From a bacterium (GTDB lineage Bacteria > UBA8248): a stretch of 64,000 nt of DNA. The position numbers and the translations under genes are program-made. The notes below the pieces were generated by a model. The model was given only the letters and a program-made list of their open reading frames with translations, was not told where the DNA came from and made no database searches. The DNA lies in assembly GCA_965221165.1 (NCBI GenBank), contig CBDCRP010000002.1, positions 1,056,001 through 1,120,000 on the forward strand, given 5' to 3'. Shown here in pieces: positions 39,690-49,885 of this stretch (position 1 is its first letter; every line of letters starts with the position of its first letter).

Positions 39690-41216
39690 ATGCCCCCAAC
39701 GAACCCGTTTCACGCCAGAAAGAGCGGCATTTTGCTTCACCCCACTTCGCTGCCGGGCGAGGCGGGTTTCGGCGACCTGGGTTCCAGGGCGTTCGAATTT
39801 GTCGATAGCCTCGCATCCTCCGGCCAGAGCTGGTGGCAGATGCTGCCCGTATGCCCTGCGGACGAGAAGGGCTCTCCTTACGTGTCCTCATCCACTTTCG
39901 CGGGCAATCCCTTGCTGATATCGCTCAACCGGCTGGCCGAAGAGGGCCTCCTCTCTCCGAGTGATTTCGAGAACCATCGCCTTCCCGCCGAGGGGGAAAT
40001 CGAGCCGGCTCAGGCGCTACAAGCCCATGAATCGCTGCTTGAGGGGGCGTTCGAGGAGTTCTTGAACGGCGGCGGGGCGCGCGACGCGGCATTTACGGAG
40101 TTTTGTGAGGCGCATTCGGGCTGGCTCGCCGATTACGTGAGGTTCCGGGCGCTCAAGCGCGTTTCCGGCGGCTCTCCCTGGTGGGAGTGGCCCGAGGACG
40201 CGGGGAGTAATGACCCCGATGACCCTGAGTTTGAAAAAAACATCCACTACGCGCATTTCGAGCAATTCGTCTTTCACCGCCAATGGCGCGCGCTCAAGGA
40301 TTACGCCGCCGGGAAAGGTGTCGGCTTAATCGGCGACATCCCCATCTACGTCGCTCATGATTCGGCGGACGTATGGGCGAAGACGCATCTGTTCGAACTC
40401 GATGAATCGCGCAGGCCGAGCGCCTACGCGGGCGCGCCGCCGGATTACTTCAACCACGAAGGCCAGCACTGGGGGAATCCCCTGTATGACTGGGCGGCGC
40501 ACCGCGAGGAGAATTTCGCCTGGTGGAAGATGCGCCTCGCCGTGAACGTCGCCCGGTTCAACGCCTTGCGCCTCGATCATTTCATCGGCTTCGCGCGCTA
40601 CTGGGCGATTCCGGCCGATGCGGAATCGCCCAAGGACGGCGCCTGGCGCGAGGGGCCGGGAGAGGCCTTCTTCAGCGCCATGGAAGAGGAATTGGGCGCG
40701 CTTCCGCTCATCGCCGAGGATCTGGGCGCCGTGGGCGACGACGTCCACGCCCTGCGGGATCGCTTCGGTCTGCCGAGTATGCGCGTGTTGCAGTTCGCCT
40801 TCGACGGCAGCCCGGACAACCCCCATCTCCCCCACAACATTCCCGAGAACGCGGTGGTCTACACCGGCACGCACGACAACGACACGGCTCTCGGCTGGTT
40901 CCACGGCGCGGACCCGATTCTCCGCAACGAATCGCCCGCCGGTTTCGCCATCTCGCGCGCCACGGCGCTCAGAACCTTCGGGGGCGAACCCGAGGACATC
41001 CACTGGTCGATGATCCGCGCGGCGATGAAATCACGAGCCGCGCTCGCCATCATTCCCGCACAGGACGTCCTGGGTCTCGGCAACGAGGCCCGCATGAACC
41101 GCCCCGGCGTCTCGCTGGGCAACTGGGTCTGGCGGATGAAGGAGGGCGCATGGAACGGGGATATTCAGGCGAGACTCTTGGGTCTAACGCAGCGCAGCGG
41201 CCGAGCGCCGGAATGA
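39690..41216 (+). CDS. malQ: 4-alpha-glucanotransferase (amylomaltase, GH77)
   Basis: LLHPTSLP, GDIPIYV, GQHWGNP, RLDHF, AEDLG, YTGTHDNDT. Confidence 0.95.
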   Translation: MPPTNPFHARKSGILLHPTSLPGEAGFGDLGSRAFEFVDSLASSGQSWWQMLPVCPADEKGSPYVSSSTFAGNPLLISLNRLAEEGLLSPSDFENHRLPAEGEIEPAQALQAHESLLEGAFEEFLNGGGARDAAFTEFCEAHSGWLADYVRFRALKRVSGGSPWWEWPEDAGSNDPDDPEFEKNIHYAHFEQFVFHRQWRALKDYAAGKGVGLIGDIPIYVAHDSADVWAKTHLFELDESRRPSAYAGAPPDYFNHEGQHWGNPLYDWAAHREENFAWWKMRLAVNVARFNALRLDHFIGFARYWAIPADAESPKDGAWREGPGEAFFSAMEEELGALPLIAEDLGAVGDDVHALRDRFGLPSMRVLQFAFDGSPDNPHLPHNIPENAVVYTGTHDNDTALGWFHGADPILRNESPAGFAISRATALRTFGGEPEDIHWSMIRAAMKSRAALAIIPAQDVLGLGNEARMNRPGVSLGNWVWRMKEGAWNGDIQARLLGLTQRSGRAPE

Positions 41217-41295
41217 GATCGGTCCAGTGTGCTATTTGATTTCAAAGACAGAGGCAAGGGAGTTTAGGTTTGGTAAAAAAACGAGTGCGCATCAT

Positions 41296-41835
41296 TCATG
41301 ACCCCGATAAAGCACTTCTTAACTTAGCAACGAACTCAACAGCCTCCCGAGCCTCGCCCGGACTGATGTGAGGCTTTAACTCGACGATTTTTGCCGCTAT
41401 ATCGCCATCATCAACTTCTTCGTGATTTTTAGAAACGTAATACGCCGTGGCGTATCTCTCCAAAGCCGTTACACCCATATCGGCGAATTCATCCGCAATT
41501 TTTTGAACCCTATCGATATATCGTTCAATTGGTTTTGGATACGTTTCCTTCAAGAGCTCCGCATTTTCGCCGGGTATCAGCTTCGGACCATACGGTCGTT
41601 GTTGTGGTTGCAACTTCAAAAGGTCTTTCGCCCGCATCCAGGATATTTCATCGCTTAAGTCAAAGGAAAAAGGGCCGTGCTTGTAAAGAATAAAATCGAA
41701 TTCCAGCGGAACTTCCAATAAATCCTGCAAAAAATAGGTGCCTTTTTGAACGTGCGTTTCCCCGCACCAACTATCACCGTCTCTGAGTCTCTCAATCAAA
41801 GACAACATGATAGCGGCTCTCTCGAATCGCTCCAT
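41296..41835 (-). CDS. YwgA/SocA(DUF4065)-like small protein
   Basis: HVQKGTYFL...FILYKHGPFSFDL motif; 5 nt downstream of the HD gene; AT-richer than flanks. Confidence 0.6.
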   Translation of the reverse strand: MERFERAAIMLSLIERLRDGDSWCGETHVQKGTYFLQDLLEVPLEFDFILYKHGPFSFDLSDEISWMRAKDLLKLQPQQRPYGPKLIPGENAELLKETYPKPIERYIDRVQKIADEFADMGVTALERYATAYYVSKNHEEVDDGDIAAKIVELKPHISPGEAREAVEFVAKLRSALSGS

Positions 41836-41840
41836 CTCTC

Positions 41841-43157
41841 TTAGCCCCCTCCGGCGGAAGAAAGGATTGCCTCTCGATTATTCAGCAACCAAATGTTGGC
41901 TTCGTTTTTCATCTCAGGCGAAATAAAAACATGCTCATAAACTGACGTAACGTCTTCAAATGTTTCTTTCTCACTTGCTGCCTGTGCAATTCTTGTCCCT
42001 TGTACAAGAACTGGAAAATCACTTACGCTTCTGGTTTGAGTTTTCTCAACATGCTTCACATTTTTTTTACCAAATTTCTCGGATGCTGCTTCATATATTT
42101 TCTTTCCTGGTTCTAAGAGTTTTCTGTCTTCCGCAGTAGATCTGTAAATACTTCTGAAATGCCGGCGATTAACTATTCGATCTGCATGTATATGGGCGGG
42201 ATGCGACTTATTTTGGGCTATGGATAACATAGCGGATATTACTTCATTATCCGTATGTTTCAAATGCCCTTTGCAATCCGTTGGAAATTTCCCTCCTTCC
42301 AGCCAGGATTTCAAAAAATCCAATAAATGCTCATCATAAATGAGGCGGACAGGGTGAAAATAGATTTGAGAGAACATGAAGTATCGCGCAAGTAACAACG
42401 CCTCGGCGGATTCCAAACCGCCTTCCTCGACACCTAAAACCGGTTCCTGAGAACCGCCAGTTTCCTGTTTTGGCAATATCCTCATCGTGTCAATAAGGCG
42501 GTAATGATCAAATTTCCCGTAGGCAACCCCTGCGTGATATGAATCCCGCAACAGATAATCCATCCTGTCCGCCCCAAAAACATCCCCTGTGATAATTTCC
42601 GATAGAATATTCTCCCATTCATTAAGTTCAACTTTCAGATAGGCTTTCGATTTTTTGGGCCCAATCACTAATTTCGCTACATCTTCTGGCTGTACATGAA
42701 TTTGTCTCAAAATATCTGCTAACTCCCCGCCCAAAATTATTTCCATCGTCATACGCTCATGATCCCAATCTTCCGGTAACAATTCTTCTGAAACATGGGA
42801 AAATGGAAGATGTCCGAGATCATGACATAACGCCGCTAGTCTTAATGTTCTTCTCCAGCGGAGGTGATCAAATTGCCTATATATTGGGATAATATCTCTA
42901 ACAGATGCATACTGCTGATAAATATTTTCCGGATCCGTAACGACATCATATATCCTGCTCGCAAGCTCCATTACGCCAAGTGAATGTTCGAATCTCTTAT
43001 GTGTTGCGCCTGGGTAGACGAGATAGGTCAACGCCAATTGATGGATATGACGCAATCGTTGAAAGGGGGGCGAATCAAGAACTTTCCTTTCATCAGAATC
43101 CAGTCTGATGAAAACATGGATAGGATCTCGTATTTCGTGTGTTCTTTTATTCACCAT
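41841..43157 (-). CDS. HD-domain dNTP triphosphohydrolase-like protein (SAMHD1/YwfO type)
   Basis: DPIH, FQRLRHIHQL, RFEHSLGV, HDLGHLPFSH, ADRMDYLLRD, QIYFH. Confidence 0.9.
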   Translation of the reverse strand: MVNKRTHEIRDPIHVFIRLDSDERKVLDSPPFQRLRHIHQLALTYLVYPGATHKRFEHSLGVMELASRIYDVVTDPENIYQQYASVRDIIPIYRQFDHLRWRRTLRLAALCHDLGHLPFSHVSEELLPEDWDHERMTMEIILGGELADILRQIHVQPEDVAKLVIGPKKSKAYLKVELNEWENILSEIITGDVFGADRMDYLLRDSYHAGVAYGKFDHYRLIDTMRILPKQETGGSQEPVLGVEEGGLESAEALLLARYFMFSQIYFHPVRLIYDEHLLDFLKSWLEGGKFPTDCKGHLKHTDNEVISAMLSIAQNKSHPAHIHADRIVNRRHFRSIYRSTAEDRKLLEPGKKIYEAASEKFGKKNVKHVEKTQTRSVSDFPVLVQGTRIAQAASEKETFEDVTSVYEHVFISPEMKNEANIWLLNNREAILSSAGGG

Positions 43158-43306
43158 ACTATAGCTGTATCATACTTTCGTATTTTTGTCGCCATCTTAG
43201 CTTTAAGTTTCGTACTCGGCAAGTCGAGAAAGCAAAGGCGAAGACAACTTAAGGGTGGGCAGAATCATCATAATATATGTTCATGACAGAAAATTAATCC
43301 TCCCCC

Positions 43307-43834
43307 TCACGTCACGGGCGGTATCTCGAAGGCGTTGAGCGTCAAGGAGATGGCCGAGTAAAAGCCCACGAGGGCGGTGAGGTCGACCACGCCCTTCTCT
43401 CCGAGCATAGAAAAAGCCTCCTGATAGGCGGCGTCCGACACTTTTCGGGTCTTGAGCAATTCCGTGCAATACCGGTGAACGCAGAGCTCGAGAGCGGTGC
43501 CCTCGGTAGGCGTCTCGCCCGCCATCACGGCGGCCACGAGCCCAGGCGTCAGCCCGCCGGCAAGGGCCTGCGCCTCGTGCGCGGCGTAGGCGTAGGTCGC
43601 TCCCCAGTGGCGCGTGGTGATGAGGATGGTGAGTTCGCGGATGTCTTCGGTGATGACGCTTTCCTCATAATAAAACTTCATGAGGCCGCGCAGGGCGGTG
43701 ACGAGGCCCGGGCTGCGCACCCAGACGCCGAAAGGCCCGCGCACGCCGCCGCGCTGGTGGGCGATGAGTTCCTCATACGCATCTCTTTGACGGGGCGGCA
43801 TACTGTCGGGTTCAAGCGGTGCGAGACGGCTCAT
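43307..43834 (-). CDS. Carboxymuconolactone decarboxylase family protein
   Basis: RGPF...SP, RELTIL, H..AL, VDLTALVGFY; AAGGAG before ATG 43834. Confidence 0.85.
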   Translation of the reverse strand: MSRLAPLEPDSMPPRQRDAYEELIAHQRGGVRGPFGVWVRSPGLVTALRGLMKFYYEESVITEDIRELTILITTRHWGATYAYAAHEAQALAGGLTPGLVAAVMAGETPTEGTALELCVHRYCTELLKTRKVSDAAYQEAFSMLGEKGVVDLTALVGFYSAISLTLNAFEIPPVT

Positions 43835-43922
43835 ACGCGATTCTCCTTTCAGCGTCGTTTGTCCAGAAATTTTGCTATAGTGGCGAAAACATCCGTTTCT
43901 TTCATTCCTAGCGAGGTATCTC

Positions 43923-44348
43923 ATGAACTTCGAAGATGCAAGACCGTTTATGGAGAAAAACCACAAGGGCATGGTCACGACCTTAAGGCCGGACGGCTCG
44001 GCGCAATCGAGCATCATCGTATGCGGGGCGCATGAGGATTGCGCCGCGTTCGTCATCGTGCGCGGTCATTCGGTGAAGCTCAAGAACCTGCGCGCGAACC
44101 CCCAATGCACGGTGCTCTACGTCACCCCCGACTGGCGCACATGGGTGAGCGTGGAGGGCACTGCCAGATTGTTCGACTATGCGAACACCGAAAAAGAGCA
44201 GATGCGCGTGATGTTCCGCGAGGTGTTTCGCGCCTGCGGGGATTCGGACCATCCCGACTGGGAGGAATACGACCGGGCGATGGTGGACCAGGGCGCGGTC
44301 GCCGTGTTCGTCGATCCCCAGCGCGTCTACGGGCGTCTGCCGGCTTAA
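43923..44348 (+). CDS. Pyridoxamine 5'-phosphate oxidase-like (PPOX class) protein
   Basis: TLRPDG, KLKNLRANP, VSVEG, HPDWEEY..AM. Confidence 0.85.
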   Translation: MNFEDARPFMEKNHKGMVTTLRPDGSAQSSIIVCGAHEDCAAFVIVRGHSVKLKNLRANPQCTVLYVTPDWRTWVSVEGTARLFDYANTEKEQMRVMFREVFRACGDSDHPDWEEYDRAMVDQGAVAVFVDPQRVYGRLPA

Positions 44349-45274
44349 AGATTCAGGGATTCCACGAAGGCGGCGACGCCCGCATCGAGAGTATATCGGG
44401 GCCGCCAGCCGGTTTTTCGCTCAAACGCGCGCGCGTCCAGACCGATTCTGAACACCTCGCCCGCACGCAGGGGCTCGCGCTTTACGTCCACGGGTTTTTC
44501 GCCCATATGGCGGCAGAGGACTTCCAGCAGCGTTTCCACGTCGGTGACGACGCCGGTGCCGATGTTGTAGGCCCCGCCGTCCGCACCGCCCTTCGCCGCC
44601 GCCATGAACGCCTCGACCACGTCTTTCACGTAGACGTAATCGCGCCCCGCGCGTCCGTGCCCATAGAGAGTAAGGGACTCAGCCTTCGCTAGCTTTTCCA
44701 CAAAGATCGATATTACGCCCGCGTCCAGGTCCGCGCGCTGCCCCGGCCCGTAGACGTTGGCGAGGCGAAGCGATACGACACGCAGCCCGAAGTACTCCCC
44801 GTAGAAAACGAGATACCGCTCGCCCGTCACCTTGCTCATCCCGTAGTGGGAAGCGGGGGCGAGCGGGCAGCCCTCGTCCACCATCTCGTCTTCGGGGTCG
44901 CCGTAGCACGCCCCGCCCGTGGCGGCGTAGACGACTCTCGGCGGCGTATCCATGCTCCTGGCCGCCTCCAAGACGCCGAGCGTACCCATGACGTTCACGC
45001 GCGCGTCTCGTAAGGGTTCGGCCAGGCTGCGCGTCACGCTCGCCTGGGCCGCCAGATGGTGGATGACGGCGGGACGCATCTCTTCCACCAGACGGCGCAT
45101 GAACTCCGCATCCGCCACGTCGCCCTCTTGAAATACGACTCCCGAGGGGAGGTTCTTCGCTGAGCCTGACGCGAGATTATCCACCACCCACACGGAATCG
45201 CCTGCTTCCAAGCAGGCCTCCGCCACATGGCTGCCGATGAAACCGGCGCCTCCCGTCACCAACACGTTCGCCAT
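44345..45274 (-). CDS. NAD-dependent epimerase (UDP-glucose 4-epimerase-like)
   Basis: TGGAGFIGSH, HLAAQ, YGMSK, NVYGP. Confidence 0.9.
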   Translation of the reverse strand: MANVLVTGGAGFIGSHVAEACLEAGDSVWVVDNLASGSAKNLPSGVVFQEGDVADAEFMRRLVEEMRPAVIHHLAAQASVTRSLAEPLRDARVNVMGTLGVLEAARSMDTPPRVVYAATGGACYGDPEDEMVDEGCPLAPASHYGMSKVTGERYLVFYGEYFGLRVVSLRLANVYGPGQRADLDAGVISIFVEKLAKAESLTLYGHGRAGRDYVYVKDVVEAFMAAAKGGADGGAYNIGTGVVTDVETLLEVLCRHMGEKPVDVKREPLRAGEVFRIGLDARAFERKTGWRPRYTLDAGVAAFVESLNL

Positions 45275-45496
45275 CTGAAATCCCAACCCATGTCATATCA
45301 AAATGCGGCAATTGATCGATAAGCCAACCATTGCGGATCACGGCGTGAATTTCAACCACAAACCCCGCTTTGCCGGAGAAGACTTGAAGACGCCCAGATA
45401 CGCGCGGTTGCGCTGGTCGTTTTGCCTGAACCCACCCGTCTTGATAGCCTAGCGTCGGTTCAGGCGCAAATGATTTTTAAGGGGAGGGAATCCGGA

Positions 45497-46492
45497 TTGG
45501 CCAAATATCTCGTCACGGGCGCTGCGGGTTTCATCGCGTCCAGGGTGTGTGAACTGCTGATGGATGCGGGCCACGGCGTCATCGGCCTGGACGATATGAA
45601 CGACGCCTACGACACCCGGCTGAAACACTACCGCCTCGCGCGCTTAAAGGCGCAGCCGGGCTTCTTTTTTCATGAAATGGACGTCACCCGGCTCGACCTC
45701 CTGCGTGAATTGTTTGCAGAAAACGCCGCAAGCGGCGCGCCGCCTTTCGACGCCGTCCTGAACCTGGCCGCGCGCGCAGGCGTGCGGCAATCCATCGAGA
45801 ATCCCTGGGCGTATTTCGAGACCAACGTCACCGGGACGCTGAACCTGCTGGAATTGTGCAAGGATTTCGGCGTCGTGAAGTTCGTGCTCGCCTCGACTTC
45901 GAGCGCCTACGGGGCGGAGGCGCCCATGCCGTTTCGAGAAGACGCCGCAACCGACAAGCCGCTGTCTCCCTATGCGGCTTCCAAGAAAGCGGCCGAGACG
46001 CTCTGCCACACCTACCACCATCTGTTCGGAATCGACACGACGGTGCTGCGCTATTTCACCGTCTACGGCCCGGCCGGGCGGCCCGACATGAGCCTTTTCC
46101 GCTTCACGCAGTGGATAGCCGAGGGAAAGCCCGTTCTCGTCTATGGGGACGGGACGCAGGAGCGCGATTTCACCTACGTGGACGACGTCGCCCGGGGCAC
46201 GGTTGCGGCCTTGAAGCCGGTTTCCTATGAAATCATCAACTTGGGATCCGATGAACCCGTCGTCCTGAACGAGGCAATCGCCCGCATCGAGGCGCTGGTG
46301 GAGAAAAAAGCCCGAATCCGCCACGAGGAGAGAAACCCCGCCGACGTCAAGGCCACGTGGGCGAACATCGACAAGGCGGAGAGGCTCCTGGGCTGGCGGC
46401 CCCGGGTGAGGCTCGCGGAGGGCCTCGCGCATCTGGTGGAATGGTACGCCGCCAACCGCGAATGGGCGAAAGACATCAGAACCGACGAGTGA
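45497..46492 (+). CDS. UDP-glucuronate 4-epimerase-like protein
   Basis: TGAAGFI, LAARAGVR, YAASKK, FTVYGPAGRPDM. Confidence 0.88.
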   Translation: MAKYLVTGAAGFIASRVCELLMDAGHGVIGLDDMNDAYDTRLKHYRLARLKAQPGFFFHEMDVTRLDLLRELFAENAASGAPPFDAVLNLAARAGVRQSIENPWAYFETNVTGTLNLLELCKDFGVVKFVLASTSSAYGAEAPMPFREDAATDKPLSPYAASKKAAETLCHTYHHLFGIDTTVLRYFTVYGPAGRPDMSLFRFTQWIAEGKPVLVYGDGTQERDFTYVDDVARGTVAALKPVSYEIINLGSDEPVVLNEAIARIEALVEKKARIRHEERNPADVKATWANIDKAERLLGWRPRVRLAEGLAHLVEWYAANREWAKDIRTDE

Positions 46493-46628
46493 AACCCCTT
46501 CGTCCCGATGCACCGCGCGATGCGCGCAAATTTCTGAGCTTCGGTGATTTTCCGCCGCGCGTTACCCCTCCAGGGCGTGATGCTCTACACTAGCCGAAAA
46601 ACTTCACCCACTACCGGCAGGAGACGAC

Positions 46629-47669
46629 ATGAAGGCGATGGTATTGTCGGAACCGGGCGCACCGTTCGTCCTGGAGGAGAGGCCCATCCCCGTAGCGGGA
46701 CCGGGCGAGGCCGTGGCGCGCGTGCTGGCCTGCGGTGCGGGACTTACCATTGAACACACGCGCGCGGGCCGCATGGGCGGGAATTTCCCGCTCGTGATAG
46801 GCCACGAAATCACGGGCGAGATCACGCAAGTGGGCGCGGGCGTGGATGGACTCCGGGAAGGCGCGCCCGTGACGGCGTATTACTATTTCACCTGCGGGCG
46901 CTGCCGCTGGTGCCGCGTGAACCGCGAGACCTTGTGCGAGAATCTCGCCGGTCAGGTAGGCCGCCAGATGGACGGGGGCTACGCCGAGTACATCAAGCTG
47001 CCCGCCCGGAATTTCATACCCCTGCCCGAGGGACTGGACTACAAGGCGCACCCCGCCGAGGTCGGCGTCATCTCGGACGCCATAGCCACGCCGTACAAGG
47101 TGCTCGGCCACGCGGGAATCCGCCCGATGGAGAACGTGGCCGTGGTGGGCGCGGGCGGCGGCGTGGGAATCCACATGGTGATGATGGCGCGCTGGGCGGG
47201 CGCGCGCGTCATCGCCGTCGATATCGCGGCGGATAAGCTGGGCAAATGCCGCGACATGGGCGCGCACGATACGGTGGATGCGTCCAAAGAGAGCTTAGGC
47301 GAGGCGCTGCGCGATTTGACCGGGGGCGCGGGTGTGGACGTCGTCGTCGATTTCGTCTGCACCGCCGAAGGGGTGGAAGGCGGCCTGCGCGGCCTGGGCA
47401 AGGGGGGACGCTTCCTCGCCATGGGAGCCAACCAGATAGAGCGGTTTCCCTTCTCCCCCCGGGAACTGCTTCGCGAGGAGCAGCAGATCATGGGCAGCCG
47501 CTACGCCACCAGGCAGGAGGTGATCGACTCGCTCGAACTCGTGGCGCGCGGCGAGGCCTGGCCGCTGGTGAGCGAGACCTACCCGCTCGAAGAGGCCAAC
47601 CTCGTGCACGAACGACTGAAAGAGGGCCGCGTCACCGGGCGCGCCGCTCTCGTGATGTCTCCCGCATAG
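46629..47669 (+). CDS. Zn-binding MDR alcohol dehydrogenase family protein
   Basis: GHE, CGRCRWC-x7-C, GAGGGVG. Confidence 0.88.
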   Translation: MKAMVLSEPGAPFVLEERPIPVAGPGEAVARVLACGAGLTIEHTRAGRMGGNFPLVIGHEITGEITQVGAGVDGLREGAPVTAYYYFTCGRCRWCRVNRETLCENLAGQVGRQMDGGYAEYIKLPARNFIPLPEGLDYKAHPAEVGVISDAIATPYKVLGHAGIRPMENVAVVGAGGGVGIHMVMMARWAGARVIAVDIAADKLGKCRDMGAHDTVDASKESLGEALRDLTGGAGVDVVVDFVCTAEGVEGGLRGLGKGGRFLAMGANQIERFPFSPRELLREEQQIMGSRYATRQEVIDSLELVARGEAWPLVSETYPLEEANLVHERLKEGRVTGRAALVMSPA

Positions 47670-47777
47670 GAGGCGCTTTATTCAAGGGATGGCGGGATGG
47701 ATTGCCGTGCCGACCGAGGAGGTCGATTCTTCCTTCCCCAGGAAGAATCGTGCTTAGCCGGAGATGGATATTCCTTT

Positions 47778-47921
47778 GTAGGGGCCGCATATATGCGGCC
47801 CTATATTCGTGCTCGTAGGGGGTGTTCGTAAACGTGGGGCGTTCACGAACGCCCCACTACGGATGCCCCGTCGGCGCAGGAGGTCCGCCTCCTGCAAGGG
47901 ACGCATATATGCGTCCCCTAC
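47778..47921. repeat. REPIN-like doublet with a second REP type nested inside
   Basis: GTAGGGGCCGCATATATGCGGCCC ... GGGACGCATATATGCGTCCCCTAC encloses GTAGGGGGTGTTCGT...ACGAACGCCCCACTAC (47815-47860). Confidence 0.8.
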
Positions 47922-47962
47922 AAGGGCATCTTCCCTGCCTGCGCACGGAGCCGCAAGGTCGG

Positions 47963-49417
47963 TCAATCCGCATTCAGCGCCTCCCTCCCGAAACGCTCGA
48001 TTACCTCCAGCGTCTCGCGCACGTCGTCCCAGGTCGTATTATGATTGATGATGCAGAACCTGAGCGCGAACTTCCCCTTGAGAAGCGTCGATGAGAAGAA
48101 CGCCTTGTCGTCCCAGAAGATGCGCGCGAGAACCGTCCTGTTGACCTCCTCCAACGTTCTCTCTTCGAGGCCCGCATCCCCCGGATTGACCCGGAAGCAC
48201 ACGATTCCCAGCGAGACGGGCGTCAGCATCTCCAGATGCGGGCTCTCGCGAACGTACTCCTCGGCTTGTACGGCCAGTTCCATGCCCTTCGAGACGGCTC
48301 GGCGGAACGCGACCATCCCGAAGGTCTGAACCGACATCCAGACTTTCAAGGCCCGGAAGGAGCGGCTCAGTTGCAGGCCGCGATCCGAGAAGTTCGGGTG
48401 GTTCGCGCCCCATATCGTGTCCTGGAGAATGTCGTGCCGCACCGCGAAGGCGCGCTCAAGCGTGCTCACGTCCTTCACGAGCAAGGCGCCCGCCTCGTAG
48501 GGCTGAAAAAACCACTTGTGCGCGTCCATTCCGATGGAATCGGCGCGCTCCATGCCGCGCATGAGTTCCTTGCCCCGCTCGGTCACGACCGCGAAGCCGC
48601 CGTAGGCGGCGTCGACGTGCAGCCAGATGTCTTCCGCCTCGCAGAAATCCGCCATCCCTTCGAGCGGGTCGACCGCTCCCGTGCTGACCGCTCCGGCGTT
48701 GGCGCACACCGCGATGGGGTGAAGCCCCGCCGCGCGATCTTCGGCCACGGCGCGAGCGAGCGCCTCCAAATCCAGGCGGAAATCTCCGTCGCTCGGGAGC
48801 AACCTGATGCGCTCGGGCCGAATGCCGATGATCCGCGCCGCGCGGATGTGCGCGCTGTGGCTCTGGTCGCTCATGTACACGCTCGCTCGCTCGGGATCAC
48901 CCGCCGCTTCGCGCGCCGCGACGAAGGCGTCCAGGCTGGCCGCCGAACCCCCGCTCGTGAAAAGCCCGCCCGCGCCCTCTGGATAGCCGACCCAGCGACG
49001 CAGCCAGTCGATGACGACCAGTTCAACCTGGCTCGGGCCGCTCGCGATGAGCCAGGTGGCCGAGTTGACGTTGAAGCCCGCGGCCAGGAAGTCGGCCAGC
49101 ACCCCAGGCCAAGTAGGCGCAGAGGAGACGAACCCGAAGGAACGGGGGTGGTCCAACCGAAGCGCGAGCGGGAGAATATCGCGCGCGGCACGCTCCATCA
49201 CCTCTATCGCCGGCTTCCCGTCCTCGGGCGGAGCCTCCAACAGTTGCTTTTCGAGCTCCTGCTGGAAATCTCCGTCCCACGCGCCTCCTTCGCCCAGATT
49301 CTCGGCTCGCTCCACCAGAATTTCCGCCGCCCTGCGCGCGAGAGCCAGCATCTCCTGGGGCGCCATCTGGAGACCATGGTCTCCCGGGCCAGACGCTTCT
49401 CTTCTTGAGTCTTCCAT
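47963..49417 (-). CDS. Group II PLP-dependent (aromatic amino acid-type) decarboxylase
   Basis: HPR.FGF, SGGS, HVDAAYGG, DAHKW, SRSFRALKVW. Confidence 0.9.
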   Translation of the reverse strand: MEDSRREASGPGDHGLQMAPQEMLALARRAAEILVERAENLGEGGAWDGDFQQELEKQLLEAPPEDGKPAIEVMERAARDILPLALRLDHPRSFGFVSSAPTWPGVLADFLAAGFNVNSATWLIASGPSQVELVVIDWLRRWVGYPEGAGGLFTSGGSAASLDAFVAAREAAGDPERASVYMSDQSHSAHIRAARIIGIRPERIRLLPSDGDFRLDLEALARAVAEDRAAGLHPIAVCANAGAVSTGAVDPLEGMADFCEAEDIWLHVDAAYGGFAVVTERGKELMRGMERADSIGMDAHKWFFQPYEAGALLVKDVSTLERAFAVRHDILQDTIWGANHPNFSDRGLQLSRSFRALKVWMSVQTFGMVAFRRAVSKGMELAVQAEEYVRESPHLEMLTPVSLGIVCFRVNPGDAGLEERTLEEVNRTVLARIFWDDKAFFSSTLLKGKFALRFCIINHNTTWDDVRETLEVIERFGREALNAD

Positions 49418-49885
49418 CGAGCCTCTCCAATCGTCCCAGAATAATTTGGAACACATAACGGGTCCGATGGCACAAAAAGAAAATGGAGCCCTCGTTGCTC
49501 CATTCCCACCTTGGTTCGGAACCCGATCACATGAATATAAGACATTCTTTCCGATTGTATGTCCCGAAACTATGATTGATTCAGATCATCGGGTCAAGCT
49601 AACGCCCGGGATTCCCTTTCCCGCCGGGCGCTCGAAAGGATATGGAACCGGAAACACACCATGAGTTGCGAAATCCGGCGATATTTTATACACTTGTGCG
49701 GCGAATTCCATGGGGGGTGGTTCTTGCATGAGGCTACCGTCCGCCTGAGAATTGGCGGACCGGTATTGTGTTCATGCACCATGAGGTATTACGCTTGACG
49801 CACCAACTAAAACGCATCAAGCGCCCTCGGGGTTATTGGATCACTTATCGAAGAACTCTCAAGCTGGTAGGAGGCGAGATCGAGC

